Assembly (NCBI GenBank): GCA_040290255.1
Contig: PSMU01000003.1
Location: forward strand, 32,001-96,000
Source of the DNA: Nitrososphaerota archaeon
GTDB taxonomy: Archaea > Thermoproteota > Nitrososphaeria > PSMU01
Length of the DNA: 64,000 nt
Direction of reading: 5' to 3'
Of this stretch, positions 27,175 to 36,175 are shown in pieces (the stretch's first letter is position 1; each line of letters begins with the position of its first letter). The notes below the pieces were generated by a model that had not been told where the DNA came from, did not search any database, and saw only the letters and a list, made by a program, of their open reading frames with translations. The translations under genes were made by a program, and so were the position numbers.

Positions 27175-29010
27175 CTAGATGCGGAGGCCGGTCATGTTCT
27201 TATCCTCGAAGCTGAGCGCCTCGAAAATAAGCCCCAGCTGCCTGGCATACCTGTAGGCCTCGAGGATTTCATCCCTGCTGGGCCGCCTGGCCATGGGCGC
27301 GTACCTTGGGTCGAACTTGGGCGAGCGGGGGTCGCAGTAGTTGTCCGGATGGTACTGGTCCATGATGTTCACGGGCACCTCGGGCACGTGGCTGGCGATC
27401 CAGTCCAGCACCGGCTTGGTGCAGCACTCGACATGGCCCGGCATGATCAGGTGCCTGATCACCATGTCCTCGCCCCACTCGTGCACGATGCCGTGGTTCT
27501 TCGTGACCGTCTCCCAGTACCAGGGCGTTCTGGCGAGCAGCAGGGCGCAGCGCCCCGGCCCGAACTTAAAGTCCGGCAGCCAGACATCGATGAGCAGGCG
27601 TAGGATCTTGAGGCTCTCCTCGCTCATGAAGAAGTTGGAGTTCCAGAGCTGAGGCGCGTTGAGCTCCCCCTCATAATGGGCCTCCTGGGCCCTCAAGGGC
27701 CATGCGAGCCCATCCTCCGCCTTGGCCAGGCCGATGTAGGCCAGCTCCTCGTGACTGGGCCTGATGCTGCCCAACAGGCTGATCGCCTCCACGATCGTGT
27801 GCAGGTGAACGGTGGGCTCGCCCCCTACCCAGTTGATGTTGTGGCAGCCCTCCATGCGGAGCTGCCAGGCCATCAGCGCCACCAGGCGTGGGCTGACGGG
27901 GATGCCGTTATCCTTGTCCGTGCTGATGTCGCCGTTCTGGCAGTTCCCCACCGCGAAGAAGTTGGCCACATAGGTATGGCTGAAGTCGTCCACCTCAAGG
28001 TTATACACCGGCCCCTCATAGGCCTGGCACGTTACGCCCGCCACGGGCACCGCGAGGCCATATTCCAGCTGTAGGCATGCGGCCCGGGCTTTGCCGTTAG
28101 GGGCTGGGGCCTCAGCGCCATTCATGGGGGACAAAGCCTGCAGGGGCTCCTGCCACCCAGAGACCCTGGGCATGAGCAAGAGGTCCCCCTTCGAGAGCTC
28201 CGCGGCCCGCGCCTGCTTCAGCTGGCCCTCCGAGGGGCTATAGATGACGACCTCGTGCTCGGGCGTAAAGCTAAGCGGGGGACCATAGAGGGGCTTCACC
28301 GTGACCAGCTTTCCGCGGTAGCCGTGCCGGAAGACCTTCGTGGCCCTTGCGGGCCTGCCCTTGTACGTGTACACATATAGCGCGTCGGGAAGGGCGATAA
28401 GGCCCTGCTGCCGGCGCACGTAGGACCCTGCCGCCCTATAGAGCTCGGAGATGGCGACGGGCCCGTCCTTGGTCAGGACGAGGGCATCGGGCGGCAGGCA
28501 GAAGGCACAGCGCATGTTACAGCTCGTGAAGAAGATCGTGCCGGAGCCCCTTGTGCCCCTGAAGACCAGCTCCTCGCCAGGATGGTGAAAGTACGAAGCA
28601 ACGCGAGAGGTGCTCTCAAGCTGACAGGTCCCATGTTTTGCGCCACCGCTCCTGTCCACGCGGCAGTTCCAGCGGCAAAAGTTGCAGTGCGTGAGCATGC
28701 GCCTGGTGAGCTCCACACAGAGGTCGAGTAGGGAGGGCCTGGCCTTGGGCAGGTCGCCAAGCCTTAGCTCGCCCCGCCGGACCCTTGCCCAGAGGTCGAG
28801 GAAGGATCTCGTGCCCTCCTCCAGGGCCTGCCAGAGCTCCGCCTCCTCCGCCCTCTTGAGGTCGAGCCCCTGGCTTAAGGGTATGCGCCTGCAGAGCAGG
28901 TACTTGGCCGGCATCCTGTTGGTCGCGACGGCGTAATACCACGGCAGCCTATCGCCGAGCCTCTTCCATATCCACAGGTCCTCGAAGCCGCCGAGTGCCC
29001 TCCTAAGCAT
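27175..29010 (-). CDS. PflX-like radical SAM protein interrupted by an intein
   Basis: C-x2-C-x3-C-x-V-D-R N-domain, SGTIFFTSCNMRCAF-[intein]-CQN, NINWVGGEP, WNSN, LPDFKFG, RHLIMPGH and NIMDQYHP. Confidence 0.9.
   Translation of the reverse strand: MLRRALGGFEDLWIWKRLGDRLPWYYAVATNRMPAKYLLCRRIPLSQGLDLKRAEEAELWQALEEGTRSFLDLWARVRRGELRLGDLPKARPSLLDLCVELTRRMLTHCNFCRWNCRVDRSGGAKHGTCQLESTSRVASYFHHPGEELVFRGTRGSGTIFFTSCNMRCAFCLPPDALVLTKDGPVAISELYRAAGSYVRRQQGLIALPDALYVYTYKGRPARATKVFRHGYRGKLVTVKPLYGPPLSFTPEHEVVIYSPSEGQLKQARAAELSKGDLLLMPRVSGWQEPLQALSPMNGAEAPAPNGKARAACLQLEYGLAVPVAGVTCQAYEGPVYNLEVDDFSHTYVANFFAVGNCQNGDISTDKDNGIPVSPRLVALMAWQLRMEGCHNINWVGGEPTVHLHTIVEAISLLGSIRPSHEELAYIGLAKAEDGLAWPLRAQEAHYEGELNAPQLWNSNFFMSEESLKILRLLIDVWLPDFKFGPGRCALLLARTPWYWETVTKNHGIVHEWGEDMVIRHLIMPGHVECCTKPVLDWIASHVPEVPVNIMDQYHPDNYCDPRSPKFDPRYAPMARRPSRDEILEAYRYARQLGLIFEALSFEDKNMTGLRI
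27943..28500 (-). mobile_element. Mini-intein (186 aa, no homing endonuclease)
   Basis: Block A CLPPDALVLTKDG, block B FTPEH, block F VYNLEV, block G YVANFFAVGN, followed by +1 Cys. The 558-nt insertion is in frame. Confidence 0.92.
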
Positions 29011-30875
29011 TAAGCAGAAGCATTACGTGGCCCCTTATTTGCCTTAGCTCCCTGGCCCAAGTGCCTCGCCAGGAAGGCGACCACGGCCTTATACTGCCGC
29101 ACGAGGTTTTCGACCTTCTGGGGCCCATGCCCCTCTCCTTTCACCACATGGAACTCATGCGGCCGGCCCAGCTGTCTTAGCCTGTCCACGAACTTCTGCA
29201 CGGGCGCCAGGGGGCAACGGGAGTCGTTGGCCCTGTGCCAGATGAGCAGCGGGGCCCTGATGTTCTCCACGAAGTTGATGGCGGACCTATCCCTGAACAA
29301 CGAGGCCTTTTCCTCGGGCTTTCCCAGCAGCTCCTCGATGAAGGACCTAAAGACGGCGTCCGAAAGCTCGTACATCTCTAGCCAGTCCGTGATGCCCACT
29401 ATGGCCGCGCCGGCGCTCCAGAGCTCGGGGCTCTTCACCAACGCCAGGTAGGTCATGAAGCCGCCATAGCTAGCGCCCGCTATGGCCACCTTGCCCTCCG
29501 GTGCCAAGCCCGCCTCCAGCAGGTAGCGCCGGCCGTGCACGATGTCCTGTAAGTCAGCGCCCCCGGGGTCCCCTATGTTCATCCGCTCGAACTCCGCGCC
29601 GTACCCCGTGCTTCCCCTGAAGTTGGGACAGAGCACGTGAAAGCCTCCCGCGCAGAGGGCCATGATGGCCGGGTTCCATTCATCGGCCACCTCCCACCAG
29701 GGCCCGCCATGCACCCAGACCACGCAGCCCTTGGGCCTGCCCGCCCTGTACAGGAGAAGAAAGGACGGGATCTGCAGCCCATCGAAGGAGGGGTAGCTGA
29801 CGAACTTGGCCTCGACGCGCGGCACGGCCTGCGCTGCCCTTTCAACGGCCAGCTGCACGGGCCGCTTGGCCCCCACCTTAAGCTTTAGGAGCCTGGGCGG
29901 CCTGGTCAAGGAGGACCATGAGAGGAGAAAGAAGGAGCCATCGGAACTTGGAATCGCGTTGCTTATGCTCCCCTCGGGCACGGGCAACGGCCGGGCCTCG
30001 CCTCGCAAGGGCATGGTGTACAGCCTGCAGCGCCCCGCGCGCTTCGCTACGAACCATATCCCCTCGCCGGAGGGCAGCCAGCCGTAGGCAGTAAAATCAT
30101 CGCCCAGGCCCGCCAGATACAGGTGCTCGACCTCCTCGGCCTCGACGTCATAGATGGCCAAGTCATAAGGGCCGGTCACGTTCGTCTTGAACAGCACGAG
30201 CCGCTTGCCGGGATGCCAGCGCGGGCCCGAGTTTTCGCTCCCGTGCTTTGGAGTATAAATAGTGGATGTGCCATCCTCGGGGCTAATGAACAGGAGCTCC
30301 AGGGACCTGGGCGCCTCGGTGCTCTTCACGCTGCAGGCAAGCAGGGAGCCATCGCGGTGCCACTCGGGAAAGAAGATGGGGCCCCTGCTGGAGTAGAGCT
30401 TCCTCATCGAGCCCGATGGGACGTCCAAAAGCCAGAGGCAGTTCTCCCTGCGCGTGCTGCCCACGAGCGCTATTATTTGGTCCCTTGGAGCCCATTCGCA
30501 TTGGAAGGCCCTTACCCCCCTGAGGCGGCCCACTCGCCTCTCCTGGGCGCCGCTTACATCCCCTACGAAGAGCTTATGCCTCTCGTTGCCGCCGAAGTCC
30601 CTCAGGAAGGCTACGGTGCGAGAATCGGGCGCGACCTTGGCCCAGCTCACCCTCTCCTCACCATGTGAGACCTGCCTCAGCATGCCATCCCTTAGCCTCA
30701 AGGCCCACAGCTGGTAAGAGCCGCTCCTGTTGCTGAGGAGCAGGGCATGCCCATCATCCCTCGAGAGGTCCAGCAGCACGAGGTCCGGGATGCGAAGCAC
30801 GCGCTCCACGACCTTCAGCGCGGCGGTCGCTTTAGCGGGCATTAGGGCCCTTTTGAGGGCTCCCATAAAAACCAT
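29010..30875 (-). CDS. S9 family (acylaminoacyl/dipeptidyl) peptidase
   Basis: Beta-propeller N-domain, VHGGP, NFRGSTGYG, GASYGG nucleophile, NDSRC and EGH. Confidence 0.93.
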   Translation of the reverse strand: MVFMGALKRALMPAKATAALKVVERVLRIPDLVLLDLSRDDGHALLLSNRSGSYQLWALRLRDGMLRQVSHGEERVSWAKVAPDSRTVAFLRDFGGNERHKLFVGDVSGAQERRVGRLRGVRAFQCEWAPRDQIIALVGSTRRENCLWLLDVPSGSMRKLYSSRGPIFFPEWHRDGSLLACSVKSTEAPRSLELLFISPEDGTSTIYTPKHGSENSGPRWHPGKRLVLFKTNVTGPYDLAIYDVEAEEVEHLYLAGLGDDFTAYGWLPSGEGIWFVAKRAGRCRLYTMPLRGEARPLPVPEGSISNAIPSSDGSFFLLSWSSLTRPPRLLKLKVGAKRPVQLAVERAAQAVPRVEAKFVSYPSFDGLQIPSFLLLYRAGRPKGCVVWVHGGPWWEVADEWNPAIMALCAGGFHVLCPNFRGSTGYGAEFERMNIGDPGGADLQDIVHGRRYLLEAGLAPEGKVAIAGASYGGFMTYLALVKSPELWSAGAAIVGITDWLEMYELSDAVFRSFIEELLGKPEEKASLFRDRSAINFVENIRAPLLIWHRANDSRCPLAPVQKFVDRLRQLGRPHEFHVVKGEGHGPQKVENLVRQYKAVVAFLARHLGQGAKANKGPRNASA

Positions 30876-30926
30876 TCCTGGCCTGCCGCGGAGCCTGGGC
30901 CATGGCGCGGGAAGGGCCTCGCCGAG

Positions 30927-31694
30927 CTAAGAGAGCAGGCCAAGAACGATGAGGAAGAGGCCTAGGAAGCCCAACGAATAGGTGGAGCTCTCGGCGAAAA
31001 CGCTGGCCTTCAGCCTTCTCTCCACCAGGCCCGCCGACCTGACCGCGGCGTAGGCGATGAGGCCCTGGGTGCCCATAGTGCCCAGCCCGAACAGCAGGCC
31101 CACCAGCCATCCCAGCGAGGCGGGGAGCAGGATCCCGGAGAAGGCAACGGTGTAGGCCAGGACGGCGATGAAATCCCCGCCGAAGGCGGCCGTAAGGCCA
31201 TGAACCCAGATGAGCTTGTATGAAGGCCGCTTGGGGCGATGCTGCTCGCCATTCCCGCTCAACAGAAGGTAGGAGGCCACGCCCAGCATGATGAGCCCCG
31301 CAAGGATGTCCACGAGCGGCGCGAAGCGAGACCCCACGAGCTCCTGCTTGAGCAGCGAAGCGGCCCCCGCCAGCAGCGTCCAGATGCTGGTCAGCGCGCC
31401 CGTGAAGATCAGCGAGGCGAGCACGCCCTTCCTTACGCTGCCTTGGCCCAGCGCATAGGGCACCGTGATGGGCCATGTATGCTCATCGGGCTTAAGGCCG
31501 TGAAGAAGCCCCAGGAGCAGGGCTATGAGGGGCGCCCAAGGCCCCAGCGAGCGCTCTAGGAGGGGGCCCACGCCCTCCAGCGAAGAGGGCAGCGAAAGGA
31601 CGGCTACGATGATGGCCAGGGCTATAACGGCGCCGAAGAAGAGGGGGCGCCTAAGCCTTGGAAAGGGCCTTCCGCTATGGCTGGGATTGGGCAT
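30927..31694 (-). CDS. NicO/RcnA/HoxN-like transition-metal transporter
   Basis: Multi-TM protein with GLLHGLKPDEH and VHG motifs; overlaps the DtxR-family gene end. Confidence 0.65.
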   Translation of the reverse strand: MPNPSHSGRPFPRLRRPLFFGAVIALAIIVAVLSLPSSLEGVGPLLERSLGPWAPLIALLLGLLHGLKPDEHTWPITVPYALGQGSVRKGVLASLIFTGALTSIWTLLAGAASLLKQELVGSRFAPLVDILAGLIMLGVASYLLLSGNGEQHRPKRPSYKLIWVHGLTAAFGGDFIAVLAYTVAFSGILLPASLGWLVGLLFGLGTMGTQGLIAYAAVRSAGLVERRLKASVFAESSTYSLGFLGLFLIVLGLLS

Positions 31695-32103
31695 GCTGCT
31701 CCTCCCCCGGGATGGGGTTGCCGTGCGGGCAGAGCTTGGGGTGATTTAGGAGCCGGCAGAGGGCGTTCAGCGCTTCATCGGGCAGGGCCGCCCCTATATC
31801 CCCGCTGAACAGGCAGGCCTTCTGGGGCGGCAGGCCCGCCCTTTCAAAGATAACCTCCAGCAGCCTGTGGGCGCGGTCAAGCTTTGATGCTGCGAGGCCC
31901 CCCTCCTTAGAGAGCCTATAGCCGGTGGGCCCCTTTTCGACCAAACCCCTCCTGATGAGCCTGTCCAGCAGCTCCAGCGCGGTAGGGGGCCTCACGCCCA
32001 GCTCGGCCGCTATGGCCTTCAGCTTGGCGGGCCATCCCGTGCCGGTGAGCCTGCCCAGCGTCCTAAGGCACTCGAGTTCCCTGGCAGTCAGGGGAAGGGT
32101 CAA
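31675..32103 (-). CDS. DtxR/MntR-family metal-dependent repressor
   Basis: wHTH (IAAELGVRPPT..L..L...GLV), HRLLE and CPHGNPIP. Confidence 0.88.
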   Translation of the reverse strand: MTLPLTARELECLRTLGRLTGTGWPAKLKAIAAELGVRPPTALELLDRLIRRGLVEKGPTGYRLSKEGGLAASKLDRAHRLLEVIFERAGLPPQKACLFSGDIGAALPDEALNALCRLLNHPKLCPHGNPIPGEEQHAQSQP

Positions 32104-32104
32104 T

Positions 32105-32139
32105 TTAGGTTATTCCTAATAAAATTAGGGCCCCCCTAA
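32105..32139. promoter_or_regulatory. Two tandem TTAGG-N5-CCTAA palindromes (putative DtxR-family operators)
   Basis: TTAGGttattCCTAA at 32105-32119 and TTAGGgccccCCTAA at 32125-32139, in the AT-rich divergent promoter. Confidence 0.8.
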
Positions 32140-32169
32140 TAAATCTTTCACCCTAAATTTGGGGGCCCT

Positions 32170-32877
32170 ATGGCCAAGGGGGTGGAGGAGAAGGCCCACC
32201 TCAGGGAGAAGGTGTGGCAGCTGTTAAGGGAGAGCGGCGTAGCGCTTCCGCCCTTCCCGCTCGAGGGAAGGATTCCCAACTTCAGGGGGGCCGCGAAGGC
32301 CTGCGAAAGGGTCTCCGGCCTTCAGGCCTTTCAGCGGGCCCGGGTGGTGAAGGTGAACCCCGATTCGCCGCAGAGGCATATCAGGTACCTGGCGCTCACG
32401 CTGGGCAAGAGCGTCCTGATGCCCACGCCCAGGCTGCGGCAAGGGTTCCTGCTCATACCTCCCCTCGCCTCCGCGCAGGCGGCTGCTGCGTCGACCATAT
32501 CGGGGGCCTTCCGCTACGGCAGGAGGGTCCCCCTGCGCGAGGTGCCGAAGGTGGATTTGGTGATCCTGGGCGCCGTGGCCGTTAACGAAAGGGGGGCGAG
32601 GCTGGGAAAGGGCGGCGGCTATGCGGACCTAGAGTACGCCCTGCTGAGGGAGGCCGGAAGGCTGAGCGAAGCGACGCCTATCGTGGCGGTGGTGCATGAC
32701 CTTCAGGTGCTGGCTGAGGAGATACCCATGCTGCCGCACGATGTCCCCGTAGATGTGATCGTCACGCCCTCAAGGATAATGGCCGTTGAGCCCAGCCACC
32801 CCAAGCCCAAGGGCGTGCTAAGGGAGCTTGCCGGCGGCGAGCTCAAGGCGCTCTTGGCCGAGGAGGGGCTGCCATGA
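32170..32877 (+). CDS. 5-formyltetrahydrofolate cyclo-ligase family (MTHFSD-like)
   Basis: GRIPNF, KVNPDSPQ, RLGKGGGYADLE and HDVPVD motifs. Confidence 0.88.
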   Translation: MAKGVEEKAHLREKVWQLLRESGVALPPFPLEGRIPNFRGAAKACERVSGLQAFQRARVVKVNPDSPQRHIRYLALTLGKSVLMPTPRLRQGFLLIPPLASAQAAAASTISGAFRYGRRVPLREVPKVDLVILGAVAVNERGARLGKGGGYADLEYALLREAGRLSEATPIVAVVHDLQVLAEEIPMLPHDVPVDVIVTPSRIMAVEPSHPKPKGVLRELAGGELKALLAEEGLP

Positions 32878-33860
32878 GCCGAGAGCCCTTTACGGAGCCC
32901 GCGCAGGGCGCGCAGCTTAATACGGGGTGGGCCGAGGGCGCCGCCATGCTCGCCGTGGAGGCCCTTGAGCTGTACAAGCGCTATGGGAAGGTCGTCGCGC
33001 TCAACGGCCTTACGGCGAGCATCCCCGCCGGAAGGGTGGTCTGCATCCTCGGGCCCAACGGCGCGGGCAAGACTACGTTCCTGCACATCATCGCCACCAT
33101 CCTAAAGCCCACGAGGGGCACGGTCAGGGTCTTCGGCCATGACGTCATGAAGGAGGGGGCAAGGGTAAGGGGGCTGGTCGGCATCGCCTTTCAGGAGCCG
33201 AAGCTCTTCTGGCGCTTTTCGCCGGAGGAGGTGCTGAGGCTGCATGCTAGGATCCATAGCATCAGGGACGAGGGCAGAATAGAGGAGGCCCTGAGGAGGC
33301 TCGACCTGTGGAACATCAGGCGGAGGAGCGTGGAGTTCATGTCGGGCGGGGAGAGAAAGAAGGTGGAGATAGCGAAGGTGCTCGTGCAGAGGCCAAAGCT
33401 GGCCATCTTCGATGAGCCCACGACGATGATCGATGTGGAAGGCAAGCACTTCATCTGGGACAGCATAAGGGCCATGGTGAAGGAGGGCTCCTCGGTGCTC
33501 GTCTCCACCAACGAAATCTATGAGGCCGAAGTGCTCGCGGATGAGGTGCTGCTCATATCGAGGGGAAGGCTCATCGCGATGGCCGAGCCGAGGAAGCTGA
33601 AGGAGGAGCTCGTGGGAGGGGATCATGTGGAGCTCATGCTCGAGAGGGTCCCGGACGGCAGGGTCATCGAGGGGATCCGGGAGCTGTCGGGCGCGCTTTC
33701 GTTGGAGGTGGAGGGCAGAAGGGTTTTCCTGAAGGTCCTGCGCTACTGGAACAGCCTGCCGTTCGTGCTGCAGTACCTGGCGGATAAGGGCGTCAGGGTG
33801 CTAGAGGTAAAGGTCAGGGAGCCCACGCTGGACGACGTGCTGGCCAGGCTCGCGAAATGA
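32874..33860 (+). CDS. ABC-2 (DrrA-like) exporter ATPase
   Basis: GPNGAGKTT, MSGGE, FDEPT and C-terminal EPTLDD. Confidence 0.9.
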   Translation: MSREPFTEPAQGAQLNTGWAEGAAMLAVEALELYKRYGKVVALNGLTASIPAGRVVCILGPNGAGKTTFLHIIATILKPTRGTVRVFGHDVMKEGARVRGLVGIAFQEPKLFWRFSPEEVLRLHARIHSIRDEGRIEEALRRLDLWNIRRRSVEFMSGGERKKVEIAKVLVQRPKLAIFDEPTTMIDVEGKHFIWDSIRAMVKEGSSVLVSTNEIYEAEVLADEVLLISRGRLIAMAEPRKLKEELVGGDHVELMLERVPDGRVIEGIRELSGALSLEVEGRRVFLKVLRYWNSLPFVLQYLADKGVRVLEVKVREPTLDDVLARLAK

Positions 33861-34597
33861 GCGTCCTGCCCATCATGCTGACATACATCAGGAACAGGCT
33901 GAGGATAAAGACGGCCCTCCTGGCCTTTTGGGCCGAGGGCGCCTTTTCATCCACCGTCATCGCGCTGGCGCTGGGGGCCATGTCCCGCATACCCAGCTAC
34001 TCGACCTACTACGCGACGGGCGTCTCCATCTACCTGGGCATCAGCTACGGCACGATCGTGGCCAATGAGCTGGTGTGGGAAAGGGGCTGGGAGCTTTACC
34101 TGCTGACCGTTCCCTCGCCCAGGGCGCTCGTGCTGCTGGCGAGGCTGGCCGCCTGGTCCCTGATCTCGCTCGTTTATGGGCTTCCCACGCTGATAGCGGT
34201 GGCGGGCCTCTCCTCGCCACCCGAAGCGCTGCCCGCCGCCCTGGGCATGGCCATGGCCCTGGCCCTGGCCTCCTTCTTGGGCGTTTCCTTCGTGACGATA
34301 ACGAAGCTCAACCCGCTCACGCTCATGGCGCTGCACGCCTTCCTGATGCCCCTGATCACTAGGTTCAGCACGGCCATCTACCCCAGGGTTGCCGCGCCCT
34401 CCTATGCGGCCCCCCTGCTGGCCCTTAATCCCCTGGCCTACATCGCTGACCTGGTGCGGCTGCTGCAGGGCTTCCCCAGCTCCGTCATAGGAGGCGGCCC
34501 GCTCACGCTCGCGCTGAGCCTGGGGTCCTTGCTCGGCCTGGGCTCGCTGGCCCTGCGCCTTTACTCGAGAAGGATAGAGGGGGTCGCCGCGAAGTGA
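33857..34597 (+). CDS. ABC-2 exporter permease
   Basis: About six TM segments, FSTAIYP..NPLAY motif, ATGA overlap with the ATPase. Confidence 0.8.
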   Translation: MSVLPIMLTYIRNRLRIKTALLAFWAEGAFSSTVIALALGAMSRIPSYSTYYATGVSIYLGISYGTIVANELVWERGWELYLLTVPSPRALVLLARLAAWSLISLVYGLPTLIAVAGLSSPPEALPAALGMAMALALASFLGVSFVTITKLNPLTLMALHAFLMPLITRFSTAIYPRVAAPSYAAPLLALNPLAYIADLVRLLQGFPSSVIGGGPLTLALSLGSLLGLGSLALRLYSRRIEGVAAK

Positions 34598-35331
34598 GCG
34601 AGGAGCTCAGGGTCGAGACGCTGCTGGCCTCCACGCTCTCGGCCAAATACGTCAGGTACTTCCTGCCCGAGGTGGGCGTGGGCGCGCTGCTCGACCTGCT
34701 GGCCGTCTATGCGGCGCTGGCGAGGATAGTCGTGATAAAAGATTACCTGGCCTTTCTGCTCCCCGCGCTGCCTCTGCTCTCTTCGCTCATTCACGGCCTT
34801 AACCTCGGCAGGTCGACCTGGTGGTGGATAAACGAGGGCGACGTGCTTTACATCAGATCGCTGCCGGTGCGCCACAGGGCCTTTCTGCTCCTGTATCTTG
34901 CATGGCAGCTGCTGCTAGGCTTCCTCCCCCTCTCGCTGCTCTACTATGCGGCGATGGTCCTGATCGCGGCGCCGCCTTTTAGGCTGTACTTCGTCTTCAT
35001 CAGCTCGACGGCGCTCTTCGCGCTGATGTTCTCCGTGGGGGCAACCATCGCGGCCGTCGTCAAGGACTGGTTCAAGATCTCGGCCTTCAGCGAGCTGGTG
35101 CAGTGGGGCGTGACGGCCCTGACGCCTACGCTGTACGACCTGCGCTTTCTCACCTCCATATCGCCCACGCTGGGGGCGGTGGTGGCCTCCAACCCCCTTA
35201 CGTGGCTGATCCAGCTCGCCCGAGCGGCGATGGGCCCGGGCGACCTCTTAGGCGCCCTTGCGCTCCTCCTGGGCTCGCTGGGCGCCGCCTACGTGCTCTG
35301 CGGCCTCGCATCGGACCATTGGACGGAATGA
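34594..35331 (+). CDS. ABC-2 exporter permease
   Basis: Hydrophobic protein with NPLTW motif; GTGA overlap. Confidence 0.78.
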   Translation: MSEELRVETLLASTLSAKYVRYFLPEVGVGALLDLLAVYAALARIVVIKDYLAFLLPALPLLSSLIHGLNLGRSTWWWINEGDVLYIRSLPVRHRAFLLLYLAWQLLLGFLPLSLLYYAAMVLIAAPPFRLYFVFISSTALFALMFSVGATIAAVVKDWFKISAFSELVQWGVTALTPTLYDLRFLTSISPTLGAVVASNPLTWLIQLARAAMGPGDLLGALALLLGSLGAAYVLCGLASDHWTE

Positions 35332-35606
35332 AGCGAGGGGCCACGAGGGGGCTGTGGGGGGCCGTCGGGATGGGCCGAGCGGATAAGGCCTAGCCTCCTC
35401 CCAACAGCTCCCATGGGAGCTCGTGCCCGTGCCCCAGGGCGCTGGGCGTCATGGGCCCGGCATCGCCAAGAGGCCGGTCGCGAGCGCGGGGGGCCTTCGC
35501 CGTCATGAGGGGGGTGAAGATGGGCGGCCTGGCTCGGAGACCTCCCACTTGCTCCGCATCGATCCCGCGAGCCGGCCTCCTTATCCCCTGCGCCGCAGCG
35601 AGTGTG

Positions 35607-36116
35607 TCACCGGGGCCTAAGCGCGCTACCCGCTTGAGTGGTGCTCAGCCCTCCCTGCTCCTCGGCCTTCAGGGCCTGCAGTATGCGCAGCGCCTCCTGC
35701 ACGTGGCGGGAGTAGCGCAGCTGCGATGAGAAGACATGCCTTATCGTCCCTCCTCGGTCGATGATGAAGGTCACCCTCCCCGGCAGGAGGCCAAAGCTCT
35801 TGGGCACGCGGTACAGGGCCCTGACCCTCCCCCCTTCATCGCTGAGCAGCGTGAAGGGCAGGCGGTGGCGCTGGGCGAACCTGGCATGAGACTCCACGCT
35901 ATCCGAGCTCACGCCCACCACCTGAGCCCCAGCGCTCATGAACGCTTCATAGCTATCCCTAAAGGCGCAGGCCTCCTTCGTGCAGCCGGGCGACTCATCC
36001 CTCGGATAGAAGTACAGCACCACGGGGCCCTTCTGTAGCAGCCGGCTGAGCCTCACCGGGCGCCCGCCCTGATCGGGAAGTTCAAAGTCGGGGGCCGTAT
36101 CTCCCGCCCTGAGCAT
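35607..36116 (-). CDS. bcp: Peroxiredoxin (BCP/PrxQ)
   Basis: APDFEL, YFYPRDESPGCTKEAC, GVSSD and RVTFIID. Confidence 0.93.
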   Translation of the reverse strand: MLRAGDTAPDFELPDQGGRPVRLSRLLQKGPVVLYFYPRDESPGCTKEACAFRDSYEAFMSAGAQVVGVSSDSVESHARFAQRHRLPFTLLSDEGGRVRALYRVPKSFGLLPGRVTFIIDRGGTIRHVFSSQLRYSRHVQEALRILQALKAEEQGGLSTTQAGSALRPR

Positions 36117-36175
36117 GGCAAGCAGGGCGCGGCCGGCCCTTTAAGGCCTTTGCATGCTCATGCGCCCGCATAAGC

